From Squalus acanthias (Eukaryota): 64,000 nt of DNA. The position numbers and the translations under genes are program-made. The notes beneath the pieces were generated by a model. The model was given only the letters and a program-made list of their open reading frames with translations. It did no database searches and had not been told where the DNA came from. Location of the stretch: NCBI GenBank assembly GCA_030390025.1, contig CM059431.1, positions 122,142,001 through 122,206,000 on the forward strand, in the 5' to 3' direction. Below, piece after piece: positions 48,470 to 62,640 of this stretch (positions are counted from its first letter, which is position 1; each line of letters begins with the position of its first letter).

Positions 48470-49937
48470 TTTTTTAATTTGTTTATGGGATGTGGGCATC
48501 GCTGACAAGGCCAGCATTTATTGCCCATTCCTAATTGCCCTTGAGAAGGTGGTGGTGAGCCGCCTTCTTGAACCGCTGCAGTCTGTGCGGTGAAGGTACT
48601 CCCACAGTGTTGTTAGGTAGGGAGTTCCAGGATTTTGACCCAGCAACGATGAAGGATCGGCGAAATACTTCTAAGTCAGGATAGTTTGTGACTTGGAGGG
48701 GAACTTGGAGGTGGTGGTGTTCCCATGCGTCTGCTGCCCTTGTCCTTCTAGGTGGAAGAGGACGCGGGTTTGGGAGAACATAACATAAGAACATAAGAAA
48801 TAGGAGCAGGAGTAGACCATACGGCTCCTCAATAAGATCATGGCTGATCATCGACATTAACTCCACTTTCCCGCCTCATCTCCATATAACTTGATTCCCC
48901 ATGAGTCCAAAAATCTATCTATCTCGGCCTTGAATGTACGCAAAGACTCAGCATTCACAACCCTCTGGGGCAGAGATTTCCAGAAATTCACAACCATCTG
49001 AGTGAAGAAATTTCTCCTCATCTTAAATGGCCAAACCCTTATCCTGAGACTATGCCCCCTAAATCTAGACACTCCAGCTATGGGAAACAACCTCTCAGCA
49101 TCTACTCTGTCAATCCCCTTCAGAATCTTGTATATTTCAATGAGATCACCTCGCATTCTTCTAAAGTTTCAGCTGTGGCTCAGTTAGTAGCACACTACCA
49201 AAGAAGGTGCTGCCGAAGGAGCCTTGGCGAGTTGCTGCTCTGCATCTTGTAGATGGTACACACTGCAGCCACGGTACACCGATGGTGGAGGGAGTGAATG
49301 TTTAAGGTGGTGGATGGGGTGCCAATCAAGCGGGCTGCTTTGTCCTGGATGGTGTCGAGCTTCTTGAGTGTTGTTGGAGCTGCACTCATCCATGCAAGTG
49401 GAGAGTATTCCATCACACTCCTTACTTGTGCCTTGTAGATGGTGGAAAGGCTTTGGGGAGTCAGGAGGTGAGACACTCGCCACAGAATACCTAGCCTCTG
49501 ACCTGCTGTTGTTGCCACAGTATTTATGTGGCTGGCCCAGTTAAGTTTCTGGTCAATGGTGACCCCCCAGGATATTGATGGTGGGGGATTCGGCGATGGT
49601 AATGCCGTTGAATTTCAAGGGGAGGTGGTTAGACTCTCGCTTGTTGGAGATAGTCATTGCCTGGCACTTCTGTGGCACGAATGTTACCTGCCACTTATCA
49701 GCCCAAGCCTGAACATCGTCCAGGTCTTGTTGCATGTGGGCATGGACTGCTTCATTATCTGAGGAGTTGTGAATGGCACTGAACACTGTACAGTCATCAG
49801 CGAACATCCCCATTTCTGACCTTATGTTGGAGGGAAGGTAATTGATGAAGCAGCTGAAGATGGTTGGGCCTAGGACACTGCCCTGAGGAACTCCTGCAGT
49901 GATGTCCTGGGGCTGTCATGATTGACCTTCAACCACT
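48470..49937 (-). mobile_element. LINE family A, 5'-truncated, interrupted by a CR1 fragment
   Basis: MGMFADDCTVF (49553-49813), LSTIYKAQVRS, 3' UTR and T-run near 48466-48476. Confidence 0.92.
48778..49165 (-). mobile_element. CR1 3' fragment nested in LINE A
   Basis: MRGDLIEIYKILKG...RGHSLRI and (AAGAACAT)n tail. Confidence 0.9.
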
Positions 49938-50694
49938 GGTACTCGTCTGAGTGTGCACAGCACATGTTCAGTCCACAATTGGCAATTGGGTTCCTATGTA
50001 TGTCATAGGTCCTCAATTAGCATTTTAAATGGGCTTACTGTCTGAGTCAGGGAGCCGCTCCAGTCGCCGAGTGATAGGCCTGGAGAAACAGGGGCGGTGG
50101 CTCATTGTCCATTATTTTTTTGGTGCTATCGCTCTGTTTCTGCCAGGCAGAAAGTCTTAAAATTCACTCCTTTGGGCATAGTTTCAGTGCTTGCACTAAC
50201 TTCCATTTGTTCCAGTCTTTGCTTCCCAACTGCTACCTGTTCCAAATGACATTCATTGCCCATAGTAACATCTAGACCTCAATCTACAAGATATGGGCTG
50301 GAATTTCCTTGGTGTTGCTCCTGCTCTGCAGCCGTAATTTGCCAGAAGTTTACATAGCCAGTTTCCATTATACATGTGGACATAGGAACTGATAATGGAC
50401 AAAGTTGACAGGAAATAGATGTAAGATTTTTAATATATTACATAATTGGATATTGCAAAATACGCAATAGCTCGAGTTGACATTCAAACGTCAGTGAATT
50501 TTGTGCTGCACAGTACTCTTTGATCTAAAGATGAATTTGATATGTTAATAAGGCTCCAAAGTTCTTTTGTATGAACAGCATGTGGATTGGATCTTCAAAT
50601 GAATAGGTCTTAAAATGAACATCATACAGAAAATTGCAAAAGTAAATGTACAGTCACATTGAAGAGATGCATGCTCAAGATTGAGGTGCAAGGA

Positions 50695-51135
50695 AAGAAA
50701 GAAAAAGAAACAATTAACTTACATTTTATAGTCTTTCAAATCCTCAGGATGTCCCAAAGAGCTTCACAAATAAGTAATTATTTTGATGTGTAGTTCCTGC
50801 TGCAGTGGAGAAAAATGTGGCAGCTAATTTGCACACAGAAAGTCCCACAAACAGCAATGAGATAAATGACCAGATAATCTGTTTTTAGTGGTGGTGGTTG
50901 AGGAATAAATGTTGATCAGGACTCCAGGGGAATCCTCCTGCTCATCTTTGAATAGTGACATAGGATGTTTAACATTCACCTTGAGAAGCCCATTTCATGT
51001 TTTCCAAAAGATAACACCTCCAACAATGTAGCACTCCTTCAATAATGCATTAAAATGTCAGCCTAGATTATGTGCTCAGGTCTCTAGAGTAGGGTTTGAA
51101 CCCACAAAGTTAAGAGTGCACCATATAGCCAAGAC
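50695..51135 (-). mobile_element. Old copy of the SacSINE1-like SINE
   Basis: Reverse complement of 27376-27832, including B-box remnant TTTGAACCCACAA. Confidence 0.8.
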
Positions 51136-51555
51136 TGACAGAGGTGAGAGTAGGATGCACAAAGAGACCTTAATGTTTACATAATTACACGGTGAGGAGA
51201 CTGTCCAACTAATAGTATAGCTTGTATTCAGTCCCAAGTATAACATTTCCATTTGTTGCAGATATCAATGTGGGGATACATTTTTGGAGATTCTGAGGGG
51301 AGGGTGAACAGCCAGAGGCCGTGGTCCATATCGGTATCAACAACACAGTTAGAAATAAGGATGAGGTCCTGCAGGCAGATTTTGGGAGCTAGGAAAGAGA
51401 TTAAAAAACAGGACCTCAAAGGTAGTAATCTCCGGATTACTCCTGGTGCCACGAGCTAGTGAGTTTAGAAATAGAAGGATAGAGCAGATGACTGCGTGGC
51501 TGGAAAGATGGTGCAGGAGGTAGGGCTTTAGATTCCTGGGACATTGGGACCGGTT

Positions 51556-51724
51556 AAGAACATAAGAACATAAGAAATAAGAGCAGGAGGAGGTCATACG
51601 GCCCCTCGAGCCTGCTCTGCCATTCAATAAGATCATGGCTGATCATCGACCTCAACTCCACTCTCCCGCCCGATCTCCATATCCCTTGATTCCCCTAGAG
51701 TCCAATAATCTATCTCAGTCTTGA
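51556..51724 (-). mobile_element. Short CR1 3' end inserted in ORF1 of the host CR1
   Basis: GGTT duplication (51552-51555, 51725-51728) and (AAGAACAT)n tail. Confidence 0.88.
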
Positions 51725-52421
51725 GGTTCTGGGGGAGGTGGAACCTGTACAGGCCGGACGGTTTTCACCTCAACAGAGCTGGGACCAATGTCCTCGTGGG
51801 CGGGGCGGGGGGGGGGTGTTGCTAGTGCTGTTGGGGAGGGTTTAAATTAATTTGGCAGGGGGGTGGGCACCAGGATGTAGCATTAGAAAGGAGAAACAAG
51901 GTGCACAAAGGATTGGGAGAGACAGATAGCACTAGAGTAAGAAATAGTACGGTATTAGGTAGGGTCAGACTAAGAGAGAATACAAGAAGGACTAAGATAG
52001 GTTTACAGTGCATGTGTGTGAATGCACAAAAGGTGGTAAATAAGGTTGGTGAGCTGCAGGCGCAAATAGCCACATGGCAATATGATGTCATGGCGATATG
52101 GAGACCTGACTCAATAAAGGGCAGGATTGGGTACTAAATATTCTTGGAGATAAGGTGTTAAGGAAAGCTAGGGCAGGAAAGAAAGGAGCTGGGGTGACAG
52201 TATTGATTAAGGAGAATATTAGTGCTGGACAGAGGGGATGTCCTGGAGGGGTCAAGGACAGAATCTATTTGGTTAGAGTTGAGCAACAATAGAGGTGCCA
52301 TTACACTACTAGGTATATTCTATAGGCTGCCAACTAGTGTGAAGGATATAGAGGAGCAAACTTGCAGGGAAATTACAGAGAGGTGCTAGAACGATAGAGT
52401 AGTGATAATGTGGGACTTCAA

Positions 52422-55215
52422 CAATAGAAACATTGAAACATTGGGGCAGGAGTAGGCCATTCGGACCTTCATGGCTGATCCTCTATCTCAATACCAAATT
52501 CCCGCTCTCTCCCCATACAACCTTGATGCCTTTTTTGTCTAGAAATCTATCTATCTCCTTCTTAAATATATTCAGTGACTTGGCCTCCATAGCCTTCTGT
52601 GGTAGAGAATTCCACAGGTTCACCACCCTCTGAGTGAAGAAATGTCACCTCATCTCAGTCCTAAATGTCCTACCCCATATCCTGAGACTGTGACCTCTCG
52701 TTCTAGACCCCCCCAGCCAGGGGAAACATCCTCCCTGCATCCAGGCTGTCTAGCCCTGTCAGTATTTTATACGTTTCAATGAGATCCCCTCTCATTCTTC
52801 TAAACTCGAGTGAATACAGGCCTAGTCGACCAATCCCTCCTCGTACAACAGTCCTGCCATCCCAGGAATCAGTCTGGTGAACCTTTGCTGCACTCCCTCT
52901 ATGGCAAGTATAACCTTTCTTAGGTAAGGAGACCAAAACTGCACACAGTACTCCAGGTGTGGTCTCACCAAGGTCCTGTACAACTGTAGTAAGACATCCT
53001 TGCTCCTGTACTCAAATCCTCTTGCAATGAAGGCCAACATACCATTTGCCTTCCTAACTGCTTGCTGCACCTGCATGTTTGCTTTCAGTGACTGGTGTAC
53101 AAGGACACCCAGGTCCCTCTGTACATTAACATTTCCCAATCTAGCACCATTTAAATAATACTCTACCTTTCTGTTTTTCCTAAGGAAGTGGATAACTTCA
53201 CATTTATCCACGTTATACTGCATCTGCCACATATTTGCCCACTCACTCAACTTGTCTAAATCGCCTTGAAGCCACTTTGCATTCACCTCACAACTCACAA
53301 TCCCACCTAGTTTCGTGTCGTCAGCAAACTTGGAAATATTGGGGGGAAAATTCAGTTGGTTGCGCCTCCCGTTAGCGCCTTAAGAGGGCGCTAATGGGGT
53401 GCAAAGCAGCTAGCGCCCGGGCGCGGCGAAGTTTGCGCCGCTCGCGAAATTAACTAGACATTTTGCGGCGGCACTAAACACTACCGCCACGATCTCCTGC
53501 GCCGGCAGATCGTGATGTCAGACGAGTGTGCTACGCCCCGGTATCGCCCCAGAGCGGATATTGAGTGGCGCCCCCTGCCTTACCGCCTGACGCTAGCAAC
53601 GACAGGTTGATAGGAGCGTTCTTCTGTCATGAAGGAAAAGGTGGAGCGCTATTTAAAGGTGACCGCTTCCTGCCTTTTATTGTTGGTGCCATTTTTGAAC
53701 TACGCATTCTGAGAGAGAGTGAGAGAGACTTCTGGAGAGATTCAACGTTGTGTGAAGGAGTTTTGGGTACTGAGCAGCACTTTGCAGGTTCATTTTGATT
53801 TGCCATTCCTTGTATCGATTTAGAAGAGACTGTGGGGGCTGCACTCTGAGCTCTTTCCCTGGTACTCTCCATTGTTCTTTCCAGCAGATTTGATGTGCAG
53901 GTCTCTCCAGGCCGAGATTCAAGGCTGCAATGAGCAGGATGTGGATGGAAAGCAAGATCAACCATCCCCTTTAAGAACTGGCCCGTGCCATTGTGTGTGT
54001 GTTCCATTGCTGACTGACATTACATGAGCTTCGCCAGCGCTCTGAGTTAGCGCCTCACTCCTCGGCCTTTGCGCCCTAAGACAGGTGTGCAGCGCCTGAT
54101 TTAGAGCTCCAATCACCTCCCGGGGCGTTAAAAGTGAAGTTTCCAGTCAGCGGCGATAATTAGCGCCAGGCGCTAATCTTTGCGCCCGGACGATATTTGC
54201 GCCCCAAATGGGGCGCGACTGAATTTTTCCCCCATTATATTTGGTTCCCTCATCCAAATCATTGATATATAATGTGAATAGCTGGGGCCCAAGCATTGAT
54301 CCCTGCGGTACCCCACTAGTCACCGCCTGCCACCCTGAAAAAGACCCATTTATTCATATTCTCTGTTTCCTGTCTGTTAAGCAATTTTCAATCCATGCCA
54401 GTATATTACCCCCAATCCCATGTGCTTTAATTTTGCACACTAACCTCTTATGTGGGACTTTATCAAAGGCCTTCTGAAAATTCAAATACACCACATCCAC
54501 TGGTTCTCCCTTATCTATTTTACCTGTTACATCCTCAAAAAACTCCAGTAGGTTTGTCAAACACGATTTCCCTTTCATAAATCCATGTTGACTTTGTCTA
54601 ATCCCGTTGATATTTTCTAAGTGTCCTGTTATCACATCCTTTATAAAGACTCGAGCATTTTCCCTACTACTGATGTTAGGCCAACCGGTCTGTAGTTCCC
54701 TGTTTTCTCTCTCCCTCATTTTTTAAATAGTGGGGTTACATTTGCCACCCTCCAATCTGCAGGAACTATTCCATAATCTATAGAATTTTGGAAGATGACA
54801 ACCAATGCATCCATTAGTTCCATGGCTACCTCTTTTAGTACTCTGGGATGCAGATTATCAGGCCCTGGGAATTTATCAGCTTTCAGTCCCATTAATTACT
54901 CCAGCACTATTTTTTTACTAATGCTAATTTCTTTTAATTCCTCCTTCTCACTAGACCCTTGGTTCCCTAGCATTTCTGGGATGTTATTTGTGTCCTCTTC
55001 CGTGAAGATAGAACCAAAGTATTTGTTTAATTGCTCAGCTATTTCCTTGTTCCCCATTATAAATTCTCCCGTTTCTGACTGTAAGGGACCTACATTTGTC
55101 TTCACTAATCTTTTTCTTTTTACATACTTGTAGAAGCTTTTACAATCCGCTTTTATGTTCCTTGCAAGTTTACTCTCATACTCTATTTTTCCCCTCTTAA
55201 TCAATCTCTTGGTCC
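52422..55215 (-). mobile_element. CR1 LINE (RT region) inserted antisense in the host CR1
   Basis: ORFs 54896-55204, 54354-54719 and 52822-53298 are CR1 ORF2 pieces. Tail at 52422-52470. Confidence 0.92.
53341..54233. mobile_element. Harbinger-type MITE (TAGCGCC family), 893 bp
   Basis: GGGGGGAAAATT / AATTTTTCCCCC TIRs, ATT TSD (53338-53340, 54234-54236). Inserted just before the FADD codons of the minus-strand CR1. Confidence 0.93.
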
Positions 55216-57136
55216 TATATCCTAATATAGACTGGGATAGTAATAGTGTAAAGGGCAGAGAGGGAGAAGAATTTCTGAAGTGTGTTCAGGAGAACTATCT
55301 TGATCAGTACGTTTCCAGCTCAATGAGGAAGGAGGCATTGCTGGATCTGGTTCTGGGGAATGAGGTGGGTCAAGTAGAGCAAGAGTCAGTCGGTAACCTT
55401 TAGGGAACAGTGATCACAGTGTCATAAGGTGTAGAGTAGCTATGGAAAAGGACAGGGAAAATCTAGAGTAAAAATACTTAAGTGGAGGAAAGCCAATTTC
55501 AGTAGGTTGAGAATGGATCTGGCCCGGGTAAATTGGAATCAAAGCTTGGCAAGCAAAGCTGTAATCGAACAATGGGCTGCCTTTAAAGAGGAGGTGGTTC
55601 AGGTACAGTCGAGCTACATTCCCACGAAGGGGAAAGGTAGGGCAACCAAAGCCAGAGCTCCCTGGATGACGAAAGAGATAGAGAGTAAGATGAAGCAGAA
55701 AAGGGGGGCTTATGACAGATGTCAGGTTGAGAATACAAGTGAGAACCAGGCTGAATATAAAAAGTTCAGAGGGGAAGTGAAAAAGGAAATAAGAGGGGCA
55801 AAGAGAGAGTATAAGAATAGATTGGCAGCTAGCATAAAAGGGAATTTAAAAGTCTTCTATAGGCATATAAATAGTAAACGGGTAGTAAGAGGAGGGGTGG
55901 GGCCGATTAGGGACCAAAATGGAGACCTACGCATGGAGGCAGAGGGCATGGCTGAGGTACTAAATGAATACTTTGCATCTGTCTTTACCAAGGAAGAAGA
56001 TGCTGCCAAAGTCATAGTGAAAGCGGAGGTAGTTGGGATACTAGATGGAATAAAAATTGATAAGGAGGAGGTACTAGGAAGGCTGGCTGTACTTAAAGTA
56101 GATAAGTTACCAGGACCGGGTGGGATGCATCATCGGATGCTGAGGGAAGTAAAAGTGGAAATTGCGGAGGAACTGGCCATAATCTTCCAATTCTCCTTAG
56201 ATATGGGGGTGGTGCCAGAGGACTGGAGAATTGCAAATGTTACACCCTTGTTCAAAACAGGGTGTAAAGGTAAACCCAGCAACTAGAGACCAGTCAGTTT
56301 AACCATGGTAGTGGGGAAGCTTTAGAAACGATAATCTGGGACAAAATTAACAGTGAATTGGACAAGTGTGGATTAATTAAGGAAAGCCAGCATGGATTTG
56401 TTAAAGGTAAATTGTGTTTAACTAGCTTGATTGAGTTTTTTGATGAGGTGACATAGAGGGTTGATGAGGGCAATGCGGTTGATGTGGTGTCACATGGACT
56501 TCCAAAAGACGTTTGATGAAGTGCCACATATTAGGCTTGCCAGCAAAGTTGAAGCCCATGGAATAAAAGGGACAGTGGCAGCATGGATACAAAATTGGCT
56601 AAGTGACAGGAAACAGAGAGTAGTGGTGAACAGTTGTTTTTCAGACTGGAAGAAGGTATATAGTGGTGTTCACCCGGGGTTGGTACTAGGACCACTGTTT
56701 TTCTTGATGTATATTAATGACTCAGACTTGGGTGTACAGGGTACAATTTCAAAATTTGCAGATGACACAAAACTTGGAAGTATAGTGAACAGTGAGGAGG
56801 ATAGTGATAGACTTCAAGAAGACATAGACAGGCTGGTGGAATGGGCGGACACGTGGCAGATGAAATTTAATGCAGAAAAGTGCGAAGTGTTACATTTTGT
56901 TAGGAAGAACGAGGAGAGGCAATATAAACTAAAGGGTACAATTCTAAAGGGGGTGCATGAACAGAGAACCGGCACGGACTCAATGGGCCAAATGGCCTCC
57001 TTCTGTGGCGTTATGACTTTATGACTCTATGAGAGACCTGGGGGTATATGTGCACAAATCGTTGAAGGTGTCAGGGCAGTTTGAGAAAGTGGTTAAAAAA
57101 GCATATGGGATCCTGGGCTTCATAAATAGAGGCATA

Positions 57137-57937
57137 GGGTGCGATCTTGCCAGCCCTGGGGAGGTGGGTATGGAGGCGGGTCTGCCGGGAAAATGGCAGA
57201 ATTTGGGGGCGGGTGCCCAACCCGCCCCCAACCCGCCTCCATGCCGTCTTGCCAGGAGGCGGGTAGCCGTCCCGTGCCGGGTCCCGTCTCCTTGGAGGCG
57301 GGAAGGGATTACAGCCACTTAACTGCCTGTTAACAGGCAGAAAATAGGCTTATCACCATTTTGCCCTCACAAGTGTGGGCTTCCCGAAGGCTCCGAACCT
57401 CGCCAGGGTCACCGAGGCAAGTAGTGGGTCTGTGGGGGTCAGAGGGGTGCAAAAGTGCGCTGTGAAGGTAAGTGATGGGTGCAAGTGTGGAGAGGTGAGT
57501 AACTGAGGTAAGTGGAAAGTGTTAGAAAAAGTGTACTTACCTTTGTTTCTTCCTGCAGGCTTCAGTCGGTGTGTATGCGGAGAGTCTCACACCTCCGTGG
57601 TAGAGATGACAGATGGCCGTTGCATTCTCCAATGCAAAAGAAAGAGGTTTGATGAGGTCTTGAATTCAAGAACTCATCAAACTACAGAGAATGTCACTGT
57701 TTGACAGCTTCACAGAGCTGTCAAACGATGACAATTCATCTGTCAAACATTTTTGACAGATGAAACGTCATGCGTTGACGTTCTCTGCAACCGGCTTTCC
57801 CTTAATTGGCCTGTGGGCTTAACAAGGTCAATCAAGGGAAAATAGAGTGGGTTGGCCAGAAGTTGATGGAAGCGGTTCTGAAACCCGACAAGTGGGAGTC
57901 CCACCTTCAAAAGCTCCCCATTGGCAAAATCACCCCC
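57137..57937. mobile_element. Harbinger MITE, same family as 118-961
   Basis: GGGTGCGATCTT / AAAATCACCCCC ends, ATA/TTA flanks. Removal restores CR1 AATAGAGGCATAGAGTACAAAAGC. Confidence 0.92.
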
Positions 57938-59489
57938 TTAGAGTACAAAAGCAAGGAAATTATGATGAACCTGTATAAAACACTAGTTCAGCCTCAACTG
58001 GAGTATTGTGTCCAATTCTGGGCACCGCACTTTAGGAAGAATGTAAAGGTCTTAGCGAGGGTGCAGAAAAGATTTACGAGAATAATTCCAGGGATGAAGG
58101 ACTTCAGTTACGTGGATAGACTGGAGAAGCTGGGGTTGTTCTCCTTAGAGCAGAGAAGGTTGAGAGGAGATTTGATAGAGGTGTTCAAAATCATGAGGGG
58201 TCTAGACAGAGTAGATAGAGGGAAACTGTTCCCATTGGCAGAAGAGTCGAGAACTAGAGGACACAGATTTAAGGTGATTGGCAGAAGAATCAAAGGTGAC
58301 ATGAGGAAAACTTTTTTACGCAGTGAGTGGTTAGGATCTGGAATGCACTGCCTGAAAGGGTGATGGAGGCAGATTCAATAGTAGCTTTCAAAAGGGAATT
58401 GGATACGCACCTGAAGGAAAATAAATTGCAGGGTTACGGGAAAGGGTGGGGGAGTGGCACTAGCTGAAGTGCTCTTGCAGAGAGCCAGCACAGGCTCGAT
58501 GGGCTGAATGGCCTCCTTCTGTGCTGTAACCAATCTGTGATTCTATGATTCTATGATTTTGGCCTGGATATCACTTGATGAAACTGTAAATTGAAGAATT
58601 AAGCATAAAGGTTAACATGTCCAATTCACAACATTCCCAATTATCTGCTCATTTGGTGCTGCAAATTGGACACTTTGATCTCTATGCCCAATTCTCTGAT
58701 TCACACTCCCACCCAGTAAGTATCCATGCCAGAAGTGGAGCCTTTGAAGATTTACCCCGAGGTAGTTAGCTGTTGAATATATGTACTGTGGCAGAGACTT
58801 GCTTTTTGAACATTTTACTATAAGATATATATAATGCTGGTTATCTTGGAGACCTCACCCATTTGTTATAAAATCACTTTGTTCCTGACTCCGACTTTTT
58901 CTTACTGATCTATAAATCCTTATATGAAAAATCTCTTCTATCTAAGGTGGAAAGAAAAAGCTACAAATGCTGGAAATCTGAAATAAAAATAGAAAATGCT
59001 AGAAGCATATAGCACAACTATCAGCATCTGCAAAGAGGAAAGACAGGTTTACGCATGGAGTAGAGACCCTGTGACAAAAATAGAAATTTCTGTCTTCGGT
59101 TTTGTATGTTTAATTAGTGGGATATCAAATGGAGGCTACTCCTTCACTAAAGGCAAGTCCGTGGACCACAGATCCTTTGTTTGCCACAGCAAGACAGGGT
59201 TGTTGATCATGAATGAGCCAGTAAAGGCTTCCATTTGATAGTGGGGGTCGGGGGGGAAGGGGGGTGGGGGGGGTGAGTTGTCGGGGGGCAACATAATTAA
59301 AATGAGATGGTCTGTAGCAATCAGCAAACTGAAACTTTTTTTTTCAATCTTGGTCCTGTTGAATGAGATTTGTTTCTTCACTTAGGTTTCACAGCAAAGT
59401 AAATTATTTCAATTTTATTTTGATTGTCACACAGCTCCAGATATTTTCACCAGAGTCTCTTATGTTTAAATAACTTGTTTGTGCTGATT

Positions 59490-60315
59490 TAAAAAAAAAA
59501 TTGTTCTTGAGATGTTGTGAATGATGGTGGCAAGGCCTTATTTTATCGTCCGTATCTAGTAGTGGAGGGCCTTCTCCTTGACCTGCAGTTCTTGACTTCT
59601 GGCACTTTTAAAAAATTCATTCTGGGGATATACGCTTTGTAAGCAAGGCCAGCATTTATTGCCCATCCCTAGGTGTCCTGAGAAGGTTGTGGTGAGCCTT
59701 CTTCTTGAACCGCTCCAGTCCATGTGGTGAAGGTACTTCCATTTTGCTGTTAGGTAGGGAGTTCCAGGATTTTGACCCAGCGATGATGAAACAATGGCGA
59801 GAAGCTTTTGAAGAAGCCTTGGTGCGTTGCTGCAGTGTATCCTGTAGATAGGACACACGGCAGCCATGGAGTGCCGGTGGTGGAGGGAGTAGATGTTTAT
59901 GGTGGAGGGTGGGCTGCCAATCAAGTGGACTGCTTTGTCCTGGATGGTGTTGAGCTTTTGAGTGTTGTTGCAGCTGCACCCATCCAGGCAAGTGAAGAGT
60001 ATTCCATCACACTCTAGACTTGTGCCCTGTAGGCCATGGAGAGGCTTTGGGGAGTCAGTATATGAGCCACTCTTAACAGAATACCTAGCCTCTGGCCTAC
60101 TCTAGTAATCACGGCATTTATGTGGCTGGTCCAGTTGAACTTCTGGGTGTTGATGGTCAGGGAAGGTGGTCTGACTTTCTCTTGTTGGAGATGGTCATTG
60201 CCTGGCACTTGTGTGGATGAATGTCACATGCCACTTATCATCCCAAGTCTGGATGTTGTCCAGCTCTTGCTGCACACAGGCATGGACTGCTTCATAATCT
60301 GAGGAATTGTGAATG
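59490..60315 (-). mobile_element. LINE family A 3' fragments with internal deletions
   Basis: QRLGILLRVAHILTPQSLS. Family tail at 59608-59700 and a second decayed tail at 59490-59590. Confidence 0.85.
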
Positions 60316-60319
60316 TAAT

Positions 60320-60474
60320 TGTGGTGTAATTGCAGATCAGGCACCTGTTATAGAAACTGCCCAATTTTCATTTGCATTGAATTAATGGGAATGAAAATTA
60401 GACGGTTTCTATAACGGGTGGCCAATCAACACTGCCAGTTTTACACCCGGGTGGTAAGCTGATTATCTACCCCA
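60320..60474. mobile_element. Short palindromic MITE
   Basis: GTTATAGAAAC / GTTTCTATAAC arms around CATTGAATTAATG. Right end TATCTACCCC. Confidence 0.68.
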
Positions 60475-61739
60475 ATGTATTAAATGTCCTTTACTTGTTT
60501 CATACTTTAAAAAAAAATCATATTTGATAGTTTTGGAAACTACTAGCACTCAATGTGCTCAATGTTTGCTAAGGAGTAAATTTAGGAGCTTGTATTGAAG
60601 TATAGACATACAGTCCAAAAATTGCTCCTGGATGCAAAATCTTGTAAACACAATTATGTACAGACTGTGTTTTTAATTTTATGAGGTTAATGCAGACTCT
60701 CTTGTTTTGATGATGATAAATGATATTATGAAGTAGAATGAATTTTAAATGATACTGCCATTATTTTTAACTCCTTGAGGACATTCTATGGGGGCTGAAT
60801 CATATTTTCTTCTTGTGACTGAACCTAGAAGGAATACCCAGTGATTCGTGAATTCATCAATCAAGGAAAAAAATTAAGGGAAAAGACATCATTAAAAAAG
60901 CACATTTATTTTCTTGAAGCGAATGAAGAAACATAGCGAAAAAACATCTTTTGATGTGCTTCATCAGACATCACTTCTCCAAAATTGGGATCTCCAGACT
61001 TTAAACTTAGTTCAAAAGTAGAAAATCTATATTTTGTGTTAAAATTTTTAAAGCATTTTGAGAGGAGTAGAAGAAACAGAAGAGGTTTAACTTTTGATTC
61101 CCAAGATTAAAATTACCTGTCTTATACTTAGAGGTGTTTTGTACCATGCAAAAAATTCTTGAAAATTCCCAATCGCTGATGACGTTGGCTGGTAGAGTAA
61201 CAGCTTATTTACCATGCTGATTGCACATGCTTTCAGTGCAATTCTATCTTCCTTTTTCCTCTGTTTTTTTTTTACTTGATTCTACTCAGAGATATTTTCA
61301 GAAGAGTCCAGCTGAAACGCTCACAATGGAGAAAATCCAGTAAATAATTTCCGAGACGGAATATTGGCTCCATATTGATTCCTGTCATTAAAGAACAGTG
61401 AAATATAATGAATGAGTAATTCCTATTTCTGTTTTTCCATAAATAGATTAAAGTCTTCTGAGAGTTTGTGCTCAATGTTTGTTCAGGAGTAAGTTTGTGT
61501 TGAAGTGCATAAATAACATCAGCACATGGTCGAAAAATTCCTCCTGGAAGTAAAATCATGTAAGCACAATAATATACAGTCTGTGTGTTAATACTGTTTC
61601 TCCACATCACTAGCTTATTAAGTAGCAGTTAAAGGAAGCGTACAAATTTCCTACAGTGTTCAGATGGTCAGCAGAGCTACATATGGGTTATTGGCAACAG
61701 GAGACTTTAAACAGCATCAAGTGGATCGGCATCAAGATA

Positions 61740-62640
61740 TTTTTCTGGACATGTTAGAGGAAGAGGAGCAGAAACAGCAGGTCCTAAGACATAGAAAATA
61801 AGCTTCCAAGATGCGATATTACCCATAGCACTTAGAGTACCAGCAACAGTGAATTCAGTGAAGAACAGTGCTTGTGAGGCTGGTACCTGAGCAAAGATAT
61901 AGGGCCCAAACTTTTGCCCAGGCCCTGGGATCATCTCCAATGTCACTACTGGGGTGGGGTGGAGGATCAGAAAATGGGGCCAAATCTGGCTCTGCCAGGA
62001 TTCTGCCCTGTGGATAGAAGGCCAGGAAATTCTGGAGGGGGGCAGAGTGAAGATGTTCCATCTGCCTCCGCTATGTCAGAGGTTGCCTAGAGTTCTAGGG
62101 CCTCCTCAGGAAATTCCGTCCAGTACGCCATCTGAGAGCAGACATAGATTCCGCTATGGGCCTTCCAAAGATCCCCAAATTCAACCCCCAAAACATGCTA
62201 ATGACTCCATCCTTGCAATTTGGTATCGGATCAGTGTCCCTTGGAGTTGATGGATGAGGCCCTGCTCTCCCACACTTTTACCAACTGAGTGGGGTCATCA
62301 GACTTTCAGCCTCATGATCTCTTACCTCTGCTAGGTCCTTCAATAATGTGCATGGAATTAAGGATTTCACAAACACTAAATAGGGAAAGCAGCTTGTAAA
62401 GTTGGCTCCTGGGTAACGTGACTGGTGACTTGCAGCAGTATCCCTTTAAGGCTGAGGAATGCAGGATGAAGGGCACATTCTAGAGGAAGGAATATAATGA
62501 ATTCTACCTTTAAACTATTAAAGCAATGTGTCAGATATTTAGAACCACTCTGGCTCTGTGGGATGAACCAGAATGAGATGGAATAATAATACGTTACATG
62601 CTGCAGGTATTGCAATTAAAAGAAGCGTGCACGTACTTGG
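61740..62640 (+). pseudogene. Very old Harbinger transposase relic, interrupted
   Basis: SEEQCL near 61857 and WLLG, YPF, YNE, TIK remnants at 62400-62520. Confidence 0.4.

Larger units (their letters stand above)
48092..50170. mobile_element. Harbinger-type MITE split by nested LINEs
   Basis: GGGCTGAATTTC / AAAATTCACTCC ends, TTT TSD (48089-48091, 50171-50173). Confidence 0.7.
51285..58558 (+). mobile_element. CR1 LINE (ORF1 end + ORF2), host to four direct insertions
   Basis: Continuous CR1 pieces 51285-51555, 51725-52421, 55216-56967, 57030-57136 and 57938-58558. APE GDFN/YPNIDW is split by an insertion. KFADDTKL near 56755. (TTCTATGA)n tail. Confidence 0.92.
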
